Shown: in pieces, positions 46,756 through 56,946 of the stretch
How positions within the stretch are numbered: the stretch's first letter is position 1
Layout: every line of letters starts with the position of its first letter
Assembly (NCBI GenBank): GCA_041630155.1
Contig: JBFKLX010000002.1
Coordinates: 3,769 to 67,768 of the forward strand
Reading direction: 5' to 3'
DNA: 64,000 nt
From: Acidobacteriota bacterium
Lineage (GTDB): Bacteria; Acidobacteriota; UBA6911; RPQK01; JANQFM01
Position numbers and translations under genes: made by a program
Notes under the pieces: generated by a model
The model's database searches: none
The model's input: the letters and a program-made list of their open reading frames with translations, nothing else
What the model was told of the DNA's origin: nothing

Positions 46756-47415
46756 ATGAACCCGGAAGCACTCATCATTCTGGAGCAAAGCGTGCGTTGG
46801 GCGCTGTTGGCCTTCCTGGGCAGCTTCCTCATTTTGGCGCTCTACAGCTGGACCCGCCTGCGGCGACGACGCCGGGGGCTGGCCGACCTGATGCACGAGC
46901 AGTTGGACGCGGAGCTGAGCGAGGCACTGGGCCTGGACGAAGCCCAGGACACCGCCCTCCAGCTCACCCCGTCCAACCGCCTGCGGCCGTTTTTCTACTC
47001 GTTTCTGCTGGCGGGCGTCGTTTCCGTGGCCACCTTCCTGCTGTGCAGCTTCGCTCCCCTCCCTTTCCTGCACAACTTCGCCACCGAGGCCAGCTGGCGT
47101 GAGACGCCGTTGCGACTGACCGCAGTCGATTACGAACGCTTCTTCGAGGGGTTCAGTCTGGAGGGGCAGGTCTGGAACCAGCAGGATCAGGCTCTCGCCT
47201 CGATCACGGCGCACATCGAGGTGCTGGACGCGCAGCGCCAGGTGCTGGACGAGGTGAGTGCACAGGTGAAGCCAACTCCGCTGGCCCCGGCCCAATCGGG
47301 GAAATTCGAGGTGCGTTACACGGAGAACTCCCCCCTGATCTACGGTTACCGAATCGCTTTCCGGGACGCCGAAGGCAACCAGATTCCGCATGTTGAAGGG
47401 TTCGAGATTCGCTGA
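46756..47415 (+). CDS. Hypothetical membrane protein (two TM helices plus a soluble C-terminal domain)
   Basis: Hydrophobic segments 'WALLAFLGSFLILALY' and 'FFYSFLLAGVVSVATFLL'. The large minus-strand ORF antisense to it looks like compositional noise. Confidence 0.45.
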   Translation: MNPEALIILEQSVRWALLAFLGSFLILALYSWTRLRRRRRGLADLMHEQLDAELSEALGLDEAQDTALQLTPSNRLRPFFYSFLLAGVVSVATFLLCSFAPLPFLHNFATEASWRETPLRLTAVDYERFFEGFSLEGQVWNQQDQALASITAHIEVLDAQRQVLDEVSAQVKPTPLAPAQSGKFEVRYTENSPLIYGYRIAFRDAEGNQIPHVEGFEIR

Positions 47416-49147
47416 ACACCCGTTGGCCGGTCTGATTCCCTATCTGGGCCGCTATCGCGCCAAGCTGCTGCTGGGGACCGGAATGGTGCTGGCAACCAAC
47501 GCGGTGGCGGTAGTCACACCCTGGGTGCTGGGACGCGCCATCGACGACCTGAGGCTGGAAGTCACCCGTGACAAGCTACTGATCTACGCCACGGTCCTGG
47601 TGGGGCTCAGCGCTCTGGAGGGGGTCTTCCGTTTCCTGATGCGCAGCGTGCTGATCGGCACCTCCAGGCGCCTCGAGTTCGACCTCCGCAGCGACCTGTA
47701 CGCCCATCTGTTGCGCCTCACCCCTTCGTTTTACCAGCGCTACACCACGGGGGACCTGATGTCGCGTGCCACCAACGACCTGAGCGCCGTGCGCAGTGTC
47801 CTGGGGCCGGGCATCATGTACTCTCTGAACACCCTGTTCACCACTGTTCTGACCGTGAGCCTGCTGATCTCGATCGACCCGTCGCTGGCCCTGTACACCC
47901 TGATTCCACTGGTGGCGGTCTCGGTCTGCGCCCGCTATTTCGGCAGCCAGATCCACCGACGCTTTCGAAGCATTCAGGAGCAATTCTCGGAACTGACTTC
48001 GCTGGTTCAGGAAAACGTGGCGGGCATGCGGGTGGTCAAAGCCTACAACCAGGAGCCGGCCTTCGTCCGGCGCTTCGCCGAGAGCAACCGGATCTACGTG
48101 GATCGCAGCCTGGGTCTGGCCCGTATCTCGGGACTCTTCCACCCCAGCCTGGCCCTGCTGTTGGGGCTCTCTTCGCTGACCCTGCTCGGCCTGGGGGGAT
48201 GGAAGGTGACGTTGGGTGAAATCAGCCTGGGAGACCTGGTCGCCTTCATGGCCTATCTGGCCATGCTCACCTGGCCCACCATTGCCCTGGGCTGGGTGAT
48301 CAACATCGTGGAACGCGGCTCTGCATCGATGCGGCGAATCCAAGACCTGCTGGACTCACGACCGGCAATCTCGGTTCCGAACTCTTCAGCGACAGACATC
48401 ACCGCCGGTTCCATTGAAGTTTCCGATTTGAGCTTCGCCTACGACGGACCCCAGGCCCTGCAGGACATCAGCTTCGAGGTGCCAGCCGGCTCCACACTGG
48501 CGATCGTGGGCCGCACCGGATCGGGGAAATCCACACTGGCCAACCTGCTCTGTCACTTCTATCCCGTGGAGCGCGGCCAGATCCGCATCGACGGCGAGGA
48601 TCTGAACGACATCCCGCTGGAAGTCCTGCGCCGCCGCATCGCCTACGTTCCTCAGGACACGTTCCTATTCTCGGACACGGTGCGCGGAAACATCGCCTTC
48701 GGACGCCCCCAGGCCACCCGGGACCAGGTCGAAAAGATGGCCCGCACCAGTGACATCTGGTCCGACATCCAGAGATTTCCCGAGCAGTTGGACACCTTCG
48801 TGGGCGAGCGCGGGGTGACCCTGTCGGGGGGCCAGAAACAGCGCATCGCCATCAGTCGCGCGCTGCTCGTGGACGCTCCCATCCTGATCCTGGACGATTC
48901 ACTGTCCAGCGTGGACACCCAGACGGAGGAACGCATTCTGGAGCGGCTGGCAGGGCAGCTGCGAAAGCGCTCGGCGATTGTCATTTCCCATCGGATTTCG
49001 ACGGTGAAGGGGGCCGACCAGATCCTGGTCATGGACGAGGGCCGAATCGTCGAACGCGGCACGCATCGCCAACTGGTGGATCAGGAGGGACTCTACCGGC
49101 AGCTTTATGAGCGGCAGCTCTTACAGGAGGAGCTTGGAATCGAATGA
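47390..49147 (+). CDS. ABC transporter permease/ATP-binding fusion (type I exporter, MsbA-like), half 1
   Basis: Six-TM domain followed by Walker A 'GRTGSGKST', signature 'LSGGQKQR' and Walker B 'ILILDD'. Confidence 0.9.
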   Translation: MLKGSRFAEHPLAGLIPYLGRYRAKLLLGTGMVLATNAVAVVTPWVLGRAIDDLRLEVTRDKLLIYATVLVGLSALEGVFRFLMRSVLIGTSRRLEFDLRSDLYAHLLRLTPSFYQRYTTGDLMSRATNDLSAVRSVLGPGIMYSLNTLFTTVLTVSLLISIDPSLALYTLIPLVAVSVCARYFGSQIHRRFRSIQEQFSELTSLVQENVAGMRVVKAYNQEPAFVRRFAESNRIYVDRSLGLARISGLFHPSLALLLGLSSLTLLGLGGWKVTLGEISLGDLVAFMAYLAMLTWPTIALGWVINIVERGSASMRRIQDLLDSRPAISVPNSSATDITAGSIEVSDLSFAYDGPQALQDISFEVPAGSTLAIVGRTGSGKSTLANLLCHFYPVERGQIRIDGEDLNDIPLEVLRRRIAYVPQDTFLFSDTVRGNIAFGRPQATRDQVEKMARTSDIWSDIQRFPEQLDTFVGERGVTLSGGQKQRIAISRALLVDAPILILDDSLSSVDTQTEERILERLAGQLRKRSAIVISHRISTVKGADQILVMDEGRIVERGTHRQLVDQEGLYRQLYERQLLQEELGIE

Positions 49148-50922
49148 CGGCTCCCTGGGAAGAGAAAGACCGCAGCGGCTACGATTCCCACCTGGCACGC
49201 AGGCTGTTCGGCTACCTGGCTCCCTACCGAAAGGTCGTGGCCACGGCCGTGGTGCTGCTGCTGGGATTGTCGGCGGTTCGCCTGGCTGGCCCCTATCTCA
49301 CCAAGGTCGCCATCGACGGACCCATCCGCAACGAGGATCCGCAGGGATTGCTCTACATCACCTTGCTGTTTCTGCTGCTCCTGATCGCCCAGTTCGGACT
49401 CGGTTATCTCCAGACGTACTGGACCAACTGGATCGGGCAGCAGGTCATGTCCGACCTGCGCCGCCAGCTTTTCGGGCACCTGCAGAAACAGGACGCGGCC
49501 TTCTTCGACCGCACGCCGGCCGGCCGCATCATCACGCGCATCACCAATGATGTCGACGTCATGAACGACTTGTTCACGTCCGGCGTAGTGAGCGTCTTCG
49601 GAGACGCCTTCTCGCTGCTCGGAATCGTTGTGATCATGCTCCTGATGAACTGGAAGCTGGCCCTGGTCTGCTTTTCAGTGATTCCTTTGCTCTTCCTGCT
49701 CACGCTCTGGTTCAAGCTGCGGGTGCGCGACAGCTACCGCCGCGTTCGGGGGGCCGTAGCCGCCATCAACGGCTTCCTGCAGGAGAGCTTCACCGGCATG
49801 GCGGTCACCCAGATGTTCGTTCAGGAGGGGCGTAAGTTCGGAGAGTTCGAAAAGCACAACCGCCGGCACATGCAGGCCAACCTCGACTCCATCTTCTACT
49901 ATGCCGTCTTCTACCCCGCCGTCAACCTGGTGGGGGCCCTGGCGATCGCCCTGATTCTCTGGGCGGGCGGCATCCAGGTCCTGGACGCCGGGCTCACCCT
50001 GGGAGCAGTCGTAGCCTTCATTCAGTATTCGGAACGCTTCTACAAACCGATCAGCGACTTGAGCGAAAAGGTCAACATCCTGCAGAGCGCCATGGCCAGC
50101 GCAGAACGCATCTTCGGACTCCTGGACACGGGACCGACCATTCGACCGCCCCAGCGGCCGCACCGTGCCCCCGTGCAGGGCCAGATCCATTTCGATCGAG
50201 TCAGCTTCTGGTATCGGGAAGGGACGCCGGTGCTGCACGGAGTCGATTTGAGAGTCGAGCCGGGAGAGAAAGTCGCCATCGTGGGGGCAACCGGTTCGGG
50301 AAAGACGACGCTGATCAACCTCCTGGGACGGCTCTACGACGTCTGTGAAGGGGCCGTTCGGGTCGACGGGACGGACCTCCGACAGTGGGAACCGGAGGCC
50401 TTGCGGCAATCGATCGCGGTCGTACTACAGGACGTTTTTCTGTTCAACGGCAGCGTCGGGGACAACATCCGGCTCTGGAGCGGGCGGGTCACGGATTCAG
50501 CGGCTCAACAGGCGGCTCGCCGGGTGGCGGCTGACCGCTTCATCCAGCGGCTGCCCGCTGCTTACCAGTCCCCCGTGCGGGAACGGGGCTCGGCGCTCTC
50601 GGTGGGACAGCGACAGCTCCTGGCGTTCGCCCGTGCGCTGGCCCACGATCCCCGAATTCTGGTCCTGGACGAGGCGACCTCGTCGGTGGACACGGAAACC
50701 GAACAGCTCATTCAGAAGGCGCTGGCAGAGCTCATGGAGGGGCGCACCGCCCTGATCATCGCCCACCGTCTGTCGACCATCCAGCATTGCGATCGGATCG
50801 TCGTGCTTCACCGGGGCGAAATTCGGGAGGAAGGCACCCATCAGCAGCTGCTGCGGCAGCGCGGCATCTACTTCAAACTCTACCAGTTGCAGTACAAGGA
50901 CCAACTGGTCGACGCCGTCTGA
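49144..50922 (+). CDS. ABC transporter permease/ATP-binding fusion (type I exporter), half 2
   Basis: Walker A 'GATGSGKTT', signature 'LSVGQRQL' and Walker B 'ILVLDEATS'. Overlaps the upstream partner, so the two likely form a heterodimeric exporter. Confidence 0.9.
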   Translation: MTAPWEEKDRSGYDSHLARRLFGYLAPYRKVVATAVVLLLGLSAVRLAGPYLTKVAIDGPIRNEDPQGLLYITLLFLLLLIAQFGLGYLQTYWTNWIGQQVMSDLRRQLFGHLQKQDAAFFDRTPAGRIITRITNDVDVMNDLFTSGVVSVFGDAFSLLGIVVIMLLMNWKLALVCFSVIPLLFLLTLWFKLRVRDSYRRVRGAVAAINGFLQESFTGMAVTQMFVQEGRKFGEFEKHNRRHMQANLDSIFYYAVFYPAVNLVGALAIALILWAGGIQVLDAGLTLGAVVAFIQYSERFYKPISDLSEKVNILQSAMASAERIFGLLDTGPTIRPPQRPHRAPVQGQIHFDRVSFWYREGTPVLHGVDLRVEPGEKVAIVGATGSGKTTLINLLGRLYDVCEGAVRVDGTDLRQWEPEALRQSIAVVLQDVFLFNGSVGDNIRLWSGRVTDSAAQQAARRVAADRFIQRLPAAYQSPVRERGSALSVGQRQLLAFARALAHDPRILVLDEATSSVDTETEQLIQKALAELMEGRTALIIAHRLSTIQHCDRIVVLHRGEIREEGTHQQLLRQRGIYFKLYQLQYKDQLVDAV

Positions 50923-51170
50923 CCCACCGGCTGAATGGGCTCAGGCTGCTGTGCCCGCTGGTCCTGGTGTTCCGATGGGTCGATCATCTTTCGCGGAGTC
51001 GCCACTCCGGATCCTGTCGATCCTGTGATCCCTCCCGAGACCCGGATTCGATTCCGGAGACAGGACAGGATCCTCCGAGCCTCGGCGGGGAAACCCGGTC
51101 GAGGGAACTTGCCCTGTCCCCCAAAATGGGGCACCAAGCCCCGCGTTGCTGCACGGGGCGGGGGCGGATG

Positions 51171-52604
51171 CTATCTGGCGCCCCGCCCGGTGAAGACGGC
51201 GGGTATGGTCAGGAGCATGATGTGCAAGTCTCGCCACAACGACCAGTTGTCGATGTACTGGAGGTCCAGGTCCATCCACTGCTGAAAATCGATCTCGCTG
51301 CGGCCCGACACCTGCCAGAGGCACGTGATCCCCGGCTTGACGCTGAGGCGGCGCCTCTGCTTGATCGAGTAGTGGCGGACTTCCTCGGGAACGGGGGCCC
51401 GAGGCCCCACGATGCTCATCTCGCCTTTGAGCACGTTCCAGAACTGAGGCAGCTCGTCGATGCTGGACTTGCGTAGGAAGCGCCCCAGCCAGGTGACGCG
51501 CGGATCGTTGCGCATCTTGAAGACTGGGCCGGACATTTCATTGAGGTGCTTGATTTCCCACAACCGGTCCTCGGCTCCCTCGACCATGGTGCGAAACTTG
51601 ACCAGGACGAACGGCCGCCCGAACTGTCCGCAGCGCAGCTGGCGATAGAAAATGGGGCCCCTCGAGCTGAGCTTGATCAGGAAGGCGGTAGCGGCCATCA
51701 AAGGGAAAAACAAAACCAGGCCCGCCGAGGCCACCAAGAAATCCAACACTCGCTTCGCCACCAGCGGCAAGCTGTGCTCGGGGACCGTCGACAACGTCAG
51801 CAGCGGCAACTCCTCCAGGAAATCCACTGAGATGCGCGACGCCGCCGTGGGCAGGAAATCGGCCGCCATCCGAATCCGGATGCCGAGATCTTCACACAGG
51901 CGAATCATTTCTTCCGAGTCGGCTAGATCCTTGACGTCGGCGCTGTAGAAGACGATCTCATGCACCGCCAGCCCCTCGCGCAACAGCTGGGGCAGGTCCT
52001 CGAGCGCGCCCAGTATCTTGATACCTTCGGCCTGCTGCTCGCCGTTGGCCAGCAGATGCCCCACCACGCGAAAGCCCCAACGCTGGAAGCTCTCCATGCG
52101 CCGGGCCAGACGACGCGCCTGCTCACTGGTGCCCACGATCAAAATGTGGATCTGATTGTGCTCGTTGATGTTGCGGCTGCGCAGGACCCAGACCAGCAGG
52201 ACCCGGTTCAGTCCCATCAGTGCTCCGGCGCTGATCAGGAACAGAAAGAAGATGGGGCGGCTCACCTCGAGCTTGAAGGTATAGGTCAGCAGCGCCATCA
52301 GCGGTCCGGAGATCAGGAAGAATCGCGCTAGCCGGGAGGCCTGGCGGCGCGCAGGCAGGTGCAACGCCGTGTCGTAGCGCTGGGTCACCCACAGCAGTGC
52401 CAGCCAGGCGGGAAGGACGAGCAGGAAATAAAACAGGTATTCCCGAAACGGCAACAGCTGGGGATTGAAGTGCTGGCTCAGCTCCAGTGGGCTGAAGCGG
52501 ACCAGGCTGCGCAAGGAGTACGCGAGTGCCAGCGCAACCAAGCTGACGGCCCAGTCGGCCATGAAAAGAATCGTCGAGTAAACTTGCTTGTGGCGTACGA
52601 ACAT
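51171..52604 (-). CDS. Polyprenyl glycosylphosphotransferase (WbaP/WcaJ/EpsB-type bacterial sugar transferase)
   Basis: N-terminal TM block, then the C-terminal 'PIFYRQLRCG..G..F...KFRTM' and 'LPQFWNVLKGEMSIVGPR' motifs of bacterial sugar transferases. Confidence 0.85.
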   Translation of the reverse strand: MFVRHKQVYSTILFMADWAVSLVALALAYSLRSLVRFSPLELSQHFNPQLLPFREYLFYFLLVLPAWLALLWVTQRYDTALHLPARRQASRLARFFLISGPLMALLTYTFKLEVSRPIFFLFLISAGALMGLNRVLLVWVLRSRNINEHNQIHILIVGTSEQARRLARRMESFQRWGFRVVGHLLANGEQQAEGIKILGALEDLPQLLREGLAVHEIVFYSADVKDLADSEEMIRLCEDLGIRIRMAADFLPTAASRISVDFLEELPLLTLSTVPEHSLPLVAKRVLDFLVASAGLVLFFPLMAATAFLIKLSSRGPIFYRQLRCGQFGRPFVLVKFRTMVEGAEDRLWEIKHLNEMSGPVFKMRNDPRVTWLGRFLRKSSIDELPQFWNVLKGEMSIVGPRAPVPEEVRHYSIKQRRRLSVKPGITCLWQVSGRSEIDFQQWMDLDLQYIDNWSLWRDLHIMLLTIPAVFTGRGAR

Positions 52605-52898
52605 GAACGAACTCTACCCCTGCAAGAGCTGCTCCCGGCCCCCTCGGCTCGCCTTGCAAGCCCGACTCCCGATTCTCTCAGCAAAGCCCGACGGCTTGTC
52701 GCGGACCCCGTCAGATGCACCCCAGGTGCGAAACTTATCGCATTCTACCACTCGACCGCCAGCTTTCAAATGGGCCTGGTGGGCTCGAGGCGCGGAGCCG
52801 GCGGCCGGGGGGCCTGGATGGTGGTACGAGCTCGAGCCTTGGCCCCGCAGGAGCGCCGTCATCACCGAGGGTCACTCGCAAGAGTCACTCGAACTCTC

Positions 52899-53600
52899 TC
52901 AACATTCCGATAGATCCCCTACCCTCGGTAGCCTCGACAGCAGGAATCCCTCCCCGTATTGGCAGTCCACGAGGCTGCCGAAATGTCGGGCCTGGGCGCG
53001 GATCTGATCCAGGAAATCGGGGCGGCTCAAATAGGTCTCCGGCTGCTCTGAATCGGGCTGGTGCAACTGCGAGCGATAGCACCGCAACACAGCCTCCTTC
53101 TCCTCGTAGACGCCCGAAACGTCCACCACGATTTCGGGGGAACGACTCTGGCGGAACTCCAGCCAGTAGGCGATCTTGTCGGGGCGGTGGCGCTCGCCGC
53201 CGGCACCGATCCTGGCCAGGCCGGAATGATGCACCGCCTCTCGAACCAGCCGGCAGGTCTGCCCGTGATCGGGGTGGCCGGTGGCCGAATGCGTGATCAC
53301 CAAACGCGGACGGCAGGTTCGAATGATCTCGATCAACCGCAACCGCGCCTCCCGGGTGACAGTGATTTCTCCATCTTCCAACTGCAGGTTCTCCCGAAAG
53401 GCCAGGCCCAGCAGTCGGGCCGCGGACTGCGCTTCCTGGACTCGTTGCCGGGGCGTCCCCCGGCTCCCCAACTCACCCCTGGTCAGATCGATGACCGCGC
53501 TGCTCTTTCCCAGCTTTGCCAACGCCAGCAGCGTTCCACCGCAGCCCAGTTCCACGTCGTCCGGATGCGCACCAATGGCCAGAACGTCAACACTCGTCAT
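52899..53600 (-). CDS. PIG-L/LmbE family N-acetylglucosaminyl deacetylase (BshB1-like)
   Basis: 'VLAIGAHPDDVELGCGGTL' LmbE motif. A second motif, 'HPDH', is also present. Confidence 0.8.
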   Translation of the reverse strand: MTSVDVLAIGAHPDDVELGCGGTLLALAKLGKSSAVIDLTRGELGSRGTPRQRVQEAQSAARLLGLAFRENLQLEDGEITVTREARLRLIEIIRTCRPRLVITHSATGHPDHGQTCRLVREAVHHSGLARIGAGGERHRPDKIAYWLEFRQSRSPEIVVDVSGVYEEKEAVLRCYRSQLHQPDSEQPETYLSRPDFLDQIRAQARHFGSLVDCQYGEGFLLSRLPRVGDLSEC

Positions 53601-53677
53601 GGTTGAAATCAGTTCGAGGCTCTCGATTCTAGATCACGGCGCAACGAGCCATGGTCCCCCGGGCCGGAGTAACCGCG

Positions 53678-54586
53678 TCATGAGCGCACCCCTCCCGCGC
53701 TTCCTGCGGCGCGAAGCCCCAGCTCATTCAGCGCGCTCGCAATGGCCAGCTTCTCGTCTTCCTCGAGCGGCAGCAGCGGCAAGCGGCTGTGGCCGCCCCG
53801 CAAACCCAGCAGATCCATGGCATGCTTCAAGCCCGGAATACCGTATTGACCGCTGACCCGATCGGAGAACCGACACAGGCACCCCTGGAGCTCACCGATC
53901 TCCTCTCCAGCCAGGAACGCCTCGATCAGCCGAACCGGCAGATCGGGCAGGGCGGACGCCACGGCCAGGATGGCTCCCCGGATTCCCAGCGTCAGGCTCG
54001 GCCCCAGCACTTGCGACGAGCCGGTGAGGAATTGGAAGTCCGAGCCCGTCGCCGCCAGGATGCGCTGTGCATAAATCAAGTCGCCGCTGCTCTCCTTCAT
54101 CCCGATGATGCGCGGATGCCGGGACAGCCGCACCACCGCCTCCACCGGCAGGGACAGCCCTGAGAACTGCGGCACGTTGTACAGCAGCAGAGGAAAAGGA
54201 GCTGCGTCAGCCAGTTCCTGGTAGTAGCGGTAGAGCGCCTCGGCCGTCATGCGTGCCTTGAAGTAGGACGGCGCTCCGGCCAACAGGGCGGCTACCGGAT
54301 ACCCCTCCAACCGTTTCGTCCAGGCAGCCGCCAATTGGAGGCTGCCGGCCGGCGCTCCCACCAGCAACAGCTTGTCCGAAGGGAGCAGTTGGCTGCCTCG
54401 TTCCAGGATGGAGAGCATTTCTCTCTCGCTCAAGTGGACCGACTCTCCTGTGGAGCCCAGCAGCAGAACGCCCCGCAGTTGGGAGGCGAAAAAGACGCGC
54501 AGATTTCCTTCCAGCGCGTCCAGATCGACATCTCCGTTCGAGGTGAAGGGGGTCGTGACAGCGGGAAAGACTCCATCCAGTTGCAT
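53678..54586 (-). CDS. Dihydrodipicolinate synthase family lyase (DapA-like)
   Basis: 'GVFPAVTTPF' and 'LLLGSTGE' are DapA/NAL family motifs. About 300 aa TIM barrel. Confidence 0.75.
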   Translation of the reverse strand: MQLDGVFPAVTTPFTSNGDVDLDALEGNLRVFFASQLRGVLLLGSTGESVHLSEREMLSILERGSQLLPSDKLLLVGAPAGSLQLAAAWTKRLEGYPVAALLAGAPSYFKARMTAEALYRYYQELADAAPFPLLLYNVPQFSGLSLPVEAVVRLSRHPRIIGMKESSGDLIYAQRILAATGSDFQFLTGSSQVLGPSLTLGIRGAILAVASALPDLPVRLIEAFLAGEEIGELQGCLCRFSDRVSGQYGIPGLKHAMDLLGLRGGHSRLPLLPLEEDEKLAIASALNELGLRAAGSAGGVRS

Positions 54587-54812
54587 CCCGCCACTTTAAC
54601 GGATCAGGCGGCGGCGGCGCTAGCCCGGATTGCTCCGTGAGGCGGCATCGAGACGGCGGGAAGGCGAGAGGAAGCGTAGAGGCTGAGAGACTCGATTGGT
54701 TCTGCTGCGCGCTTTCCCGGGGCCTTCGGGGGCCCATGGTACGACCTCTCGGGTACTCGACTGCGACGCACGCATCGACGCGGCGCTCGCAGCTCCCGGC
54801 GACGAGCCCTCG

Positions 54813-55532
54813 TCAGGATTCGTTGCCGACCCAGAGGCTCTTTTCGGGCTGTTGCGGATCGTGGTAGGCCTGCCCCTGATCTCCCTCTTCCCAACGCTGC
54901 GCCTCCTGGGGCGACAGGTAGCCGCTCTTTCCCTGGTGCTCGACTCCATACAGGTCGCGGTAGCTGTAGAGGATTCGCCACTGCCGCACCCGGTTGACCG
55001 ACATGTTGGTCTCTTGCAAGCCGGTGACGGTCGCGCCCACCAGTTGCCCTTCCCTGCGCAGCCTGGAACGCGCCAGCTTCTTGCGCAGCGAGATCCCAAA
55101 GATGATGCCGCCCGCCAGCGTGAACGCGCCCCCCAGCAGAGTGAACACGGAAACCAGCACCCAATCGCCTTGCCCGGCCACCCGGTTCGTGTGCGGGTCA
55201 TCCGGGATGTACTCGAGCTCGATCGGACCCTGCTCCTCCAAGGCCTCCCACAAATCGACATCGATGTCCTGCCGGCCTTCGTATGATTGCTCGTCCAGGG
55301 CCTCGAACCGATACCGGACGGAGTAGCGAGTGCTGCTGCGGCTCTCCCTGCTGGCCCGCGTGATTTCCTTCGTCAGGACCTTTCCCTCGACCCGAACCGC
55401 TTCTTCAGCGAAGCGTCCCTGGCTTTGCCATTGCCACAATCCGACAATGAGAAACGGCACCCCGACGACAAGCCAGATACCGCCAAACAGCAACCCGAAG
55501 TTATTGGCCATGAACCCGCCGCTCTTACCCAT
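54813..55532 (-). CDS. DUF3592-like membrane protein (duplicated module)
   Basis: Two TM helices, each followed by a soluble beta-rich region, with patterns similar to DUF3592 proteins. Confidence 0.45.
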   Translation of the reverse strand: MGKSGGFMANNFGLLFGGIWLVVGVPFLIVGLWQWQSQGRFAEEAVRVEGKVLTKEITRASRESRSSTRYSVRYRFEALDEQSYEGRQDIDVDLWEALEEQGPIELEYIPDDPHTNRVAGQGDWVLVSVFTLLGGAFTLAGGIIFGISLRKKLARSRLRREGQLVGATVTGLQETNMSVNRVRQWRILYSYRDLYGVEHQGKSGYLSPQEAQRWEEGDQGQAYHDPQQPEKSLWVGNES

Positions 55533-55741
55533 GACCGGTTCGCCTCCTCACGAATGCCCTCATTGTCCACTTGTCGGAATCCAGAGTCGAGCCCATTCTT
55601 TTGGCGGGACAGCGGTGTTTTGGCAGAGCCCTGGAATCCCACACCTGGGGCTCCCCTGAGAGGCGGAAGGGCGCGAACGCCCAGAGCAACCCTGGCGGCG
55701 TTGCGTTCCCGCCGGCTCCCACGACATTCGCGCCCAATCCC

Positions 55742-56410
55742 CTACGCCAGGCTTCCCTGCTTCCAGAGCTGCCAGACGGTCAGCGCCCCTTGCGCGGCGA
55801 CCAGCAGGTTGACGGCCAGGGCCCAGAATTCCCAGTCGCCCGTAAGGCTGGCCAAGTGACAGGTCCATACGGCGCCCGACGAGCCGGCGGCCACCAGCAG
55901 GATCCCGCCCGCCAGGAGGACTGACTCGCCGCCCCGGCCGCGGCCGACGGCATGCCTCCAGGTCAGTGCTCCCACCAGGATTACCAGCAGGCAGGCTGAA
56001 ACCTTCAAGGCATTCAGCGTCCCGGATCCATCGTCGAAGAGAGCCGAGTGCACCGCCACCAGCGCGGCAGCGACGGCAGTGAGCGATGCCGACAGCAGAA
56101 GTGTTTTGCGCAACATTTCATCCTCGCGGAAGGGTGGGTCGCCGGCGAGACCAATGGGGGAAGTCGCCTTGGAAGCCTCGGGCTCGAGCTGTTCGAACGT
56201 CTCGATCAACTCCTGGACCGAACCAAAGCGCTGGAGCGTCAGGTCGATTGCTCGTTCCTCGGCCAACCCGGCTTGGACGAGGGATTCCGCCGACTCCAGC
56301 AGGTGTTCCCGAACCTCGTCCAGGATGCGCCGCCGCGTCGTCGCCGGCCAACTCCAGAGTTCCCGCTCCAGCTGTTCCAAAAAGGCGGAGATCCTGTGCT
56401 GGCCAGCCAA
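55742..56410 (-). CDS. DUF1700/HAAS-domain membrane protein
   Basis: N-terminus 'ISAFLEQLERELWSWPATTRRRILDEVREHL' resembles the DUF1700 helical sensor domain. Multi-TM C-terminus. Confidence 0.45.
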   Translation of the reverse strand: MAGQHRISAFLEQLERELWSWPATTRRRILDEVREHLLESAESLVQAGLAEERAIDLTLQRFGSVQELIETFEQLEPEASKATSPIGLAGDPPFREDEMLRKTLLLSASLTAVAAALVAVHSALFDDGSGTLNALKVSACLLVILVGALTWRHAVGRGRGGESVLLAGGILLVAAGSSGAVWTCHLASLTGDWEFWALAVNLLVAAQGALTVWQLWKQGSLA

Positions 56411-56481
56411 TCGGATCCTTCTTTCCGGTAACGATCGATCGAACCAACATTAAGTGGATCCGATTGGTCTTGCGTCGCTCG

Positions 56482-56946
56482 ATGATCCACGTCCGGGCAA
56501 ATGGGAACTTCTCCGTCGTATTCGACCCGCTGGCGGCGACTTCTGCACGCTTGGATGAATTTGTGCTGATTGAGCACCTCATTGAATACTCTCCTGACGG
56601 TGATGTAGCTCAGTCACTCCGAATGACTGATTGGCAAGAGGGAGCTGCCATCTGGTCGGTCTCGGCGGAGGCGCCCGACACAACGCTGGTACAATTGAGT
56701 CGCTTTTCTCCCTCGAGCGTAACAGTCTCCCGGGGCTTCGGCAACGAATCGGTGCGAAGTCTTTCCCTGCACCCGTCCCAATTGGTACGGGTCGGCCCAA
56801 GCGGGCAGCAGAGGGCGGTTGAACCAACGCCAGCTGAACGACTTCTGGGAACCACCGAGCAAGGGGACCTCGTGACCTGCACAGGAACTGACCAAGGTCA
56901 GTTGAAAGTGTATGCCGCACAAGCGAGACCGGGAGGCAGGCCGTAG
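56482..56946 (+). CDS. Possible small hypothetical protein (154 aa)
   Basis: An ATG-initiated ORF sits in an otherwise gene-less 950-bp gap. It has moderate GC and balanced composition. No motif support. Confidence 0.25.
   Translation: MIHVRANGNFSVVFDPLAATSARLDEFVLIEHLIEYSPDGDVAQSLRMTDWQEGAAIWSVSAEAPDTTLVQLSRFSPSSVTVSRGFGNESVRSLSLHPSQLVRVGPSGQQRAVEPTPAERLLGTTEQGDLVTCTGTDQGQLKVYAAQARPGGRP

Noticed and set aside
52604-52899. Direct repeat gtcactcgcaaga / gtcactcgaactc upstream of the sugar transferase
   Set aside because: It is short and imperfect, and it occurs only once. It is probably chance or a minor operator and cannot be supported further from the sequence.
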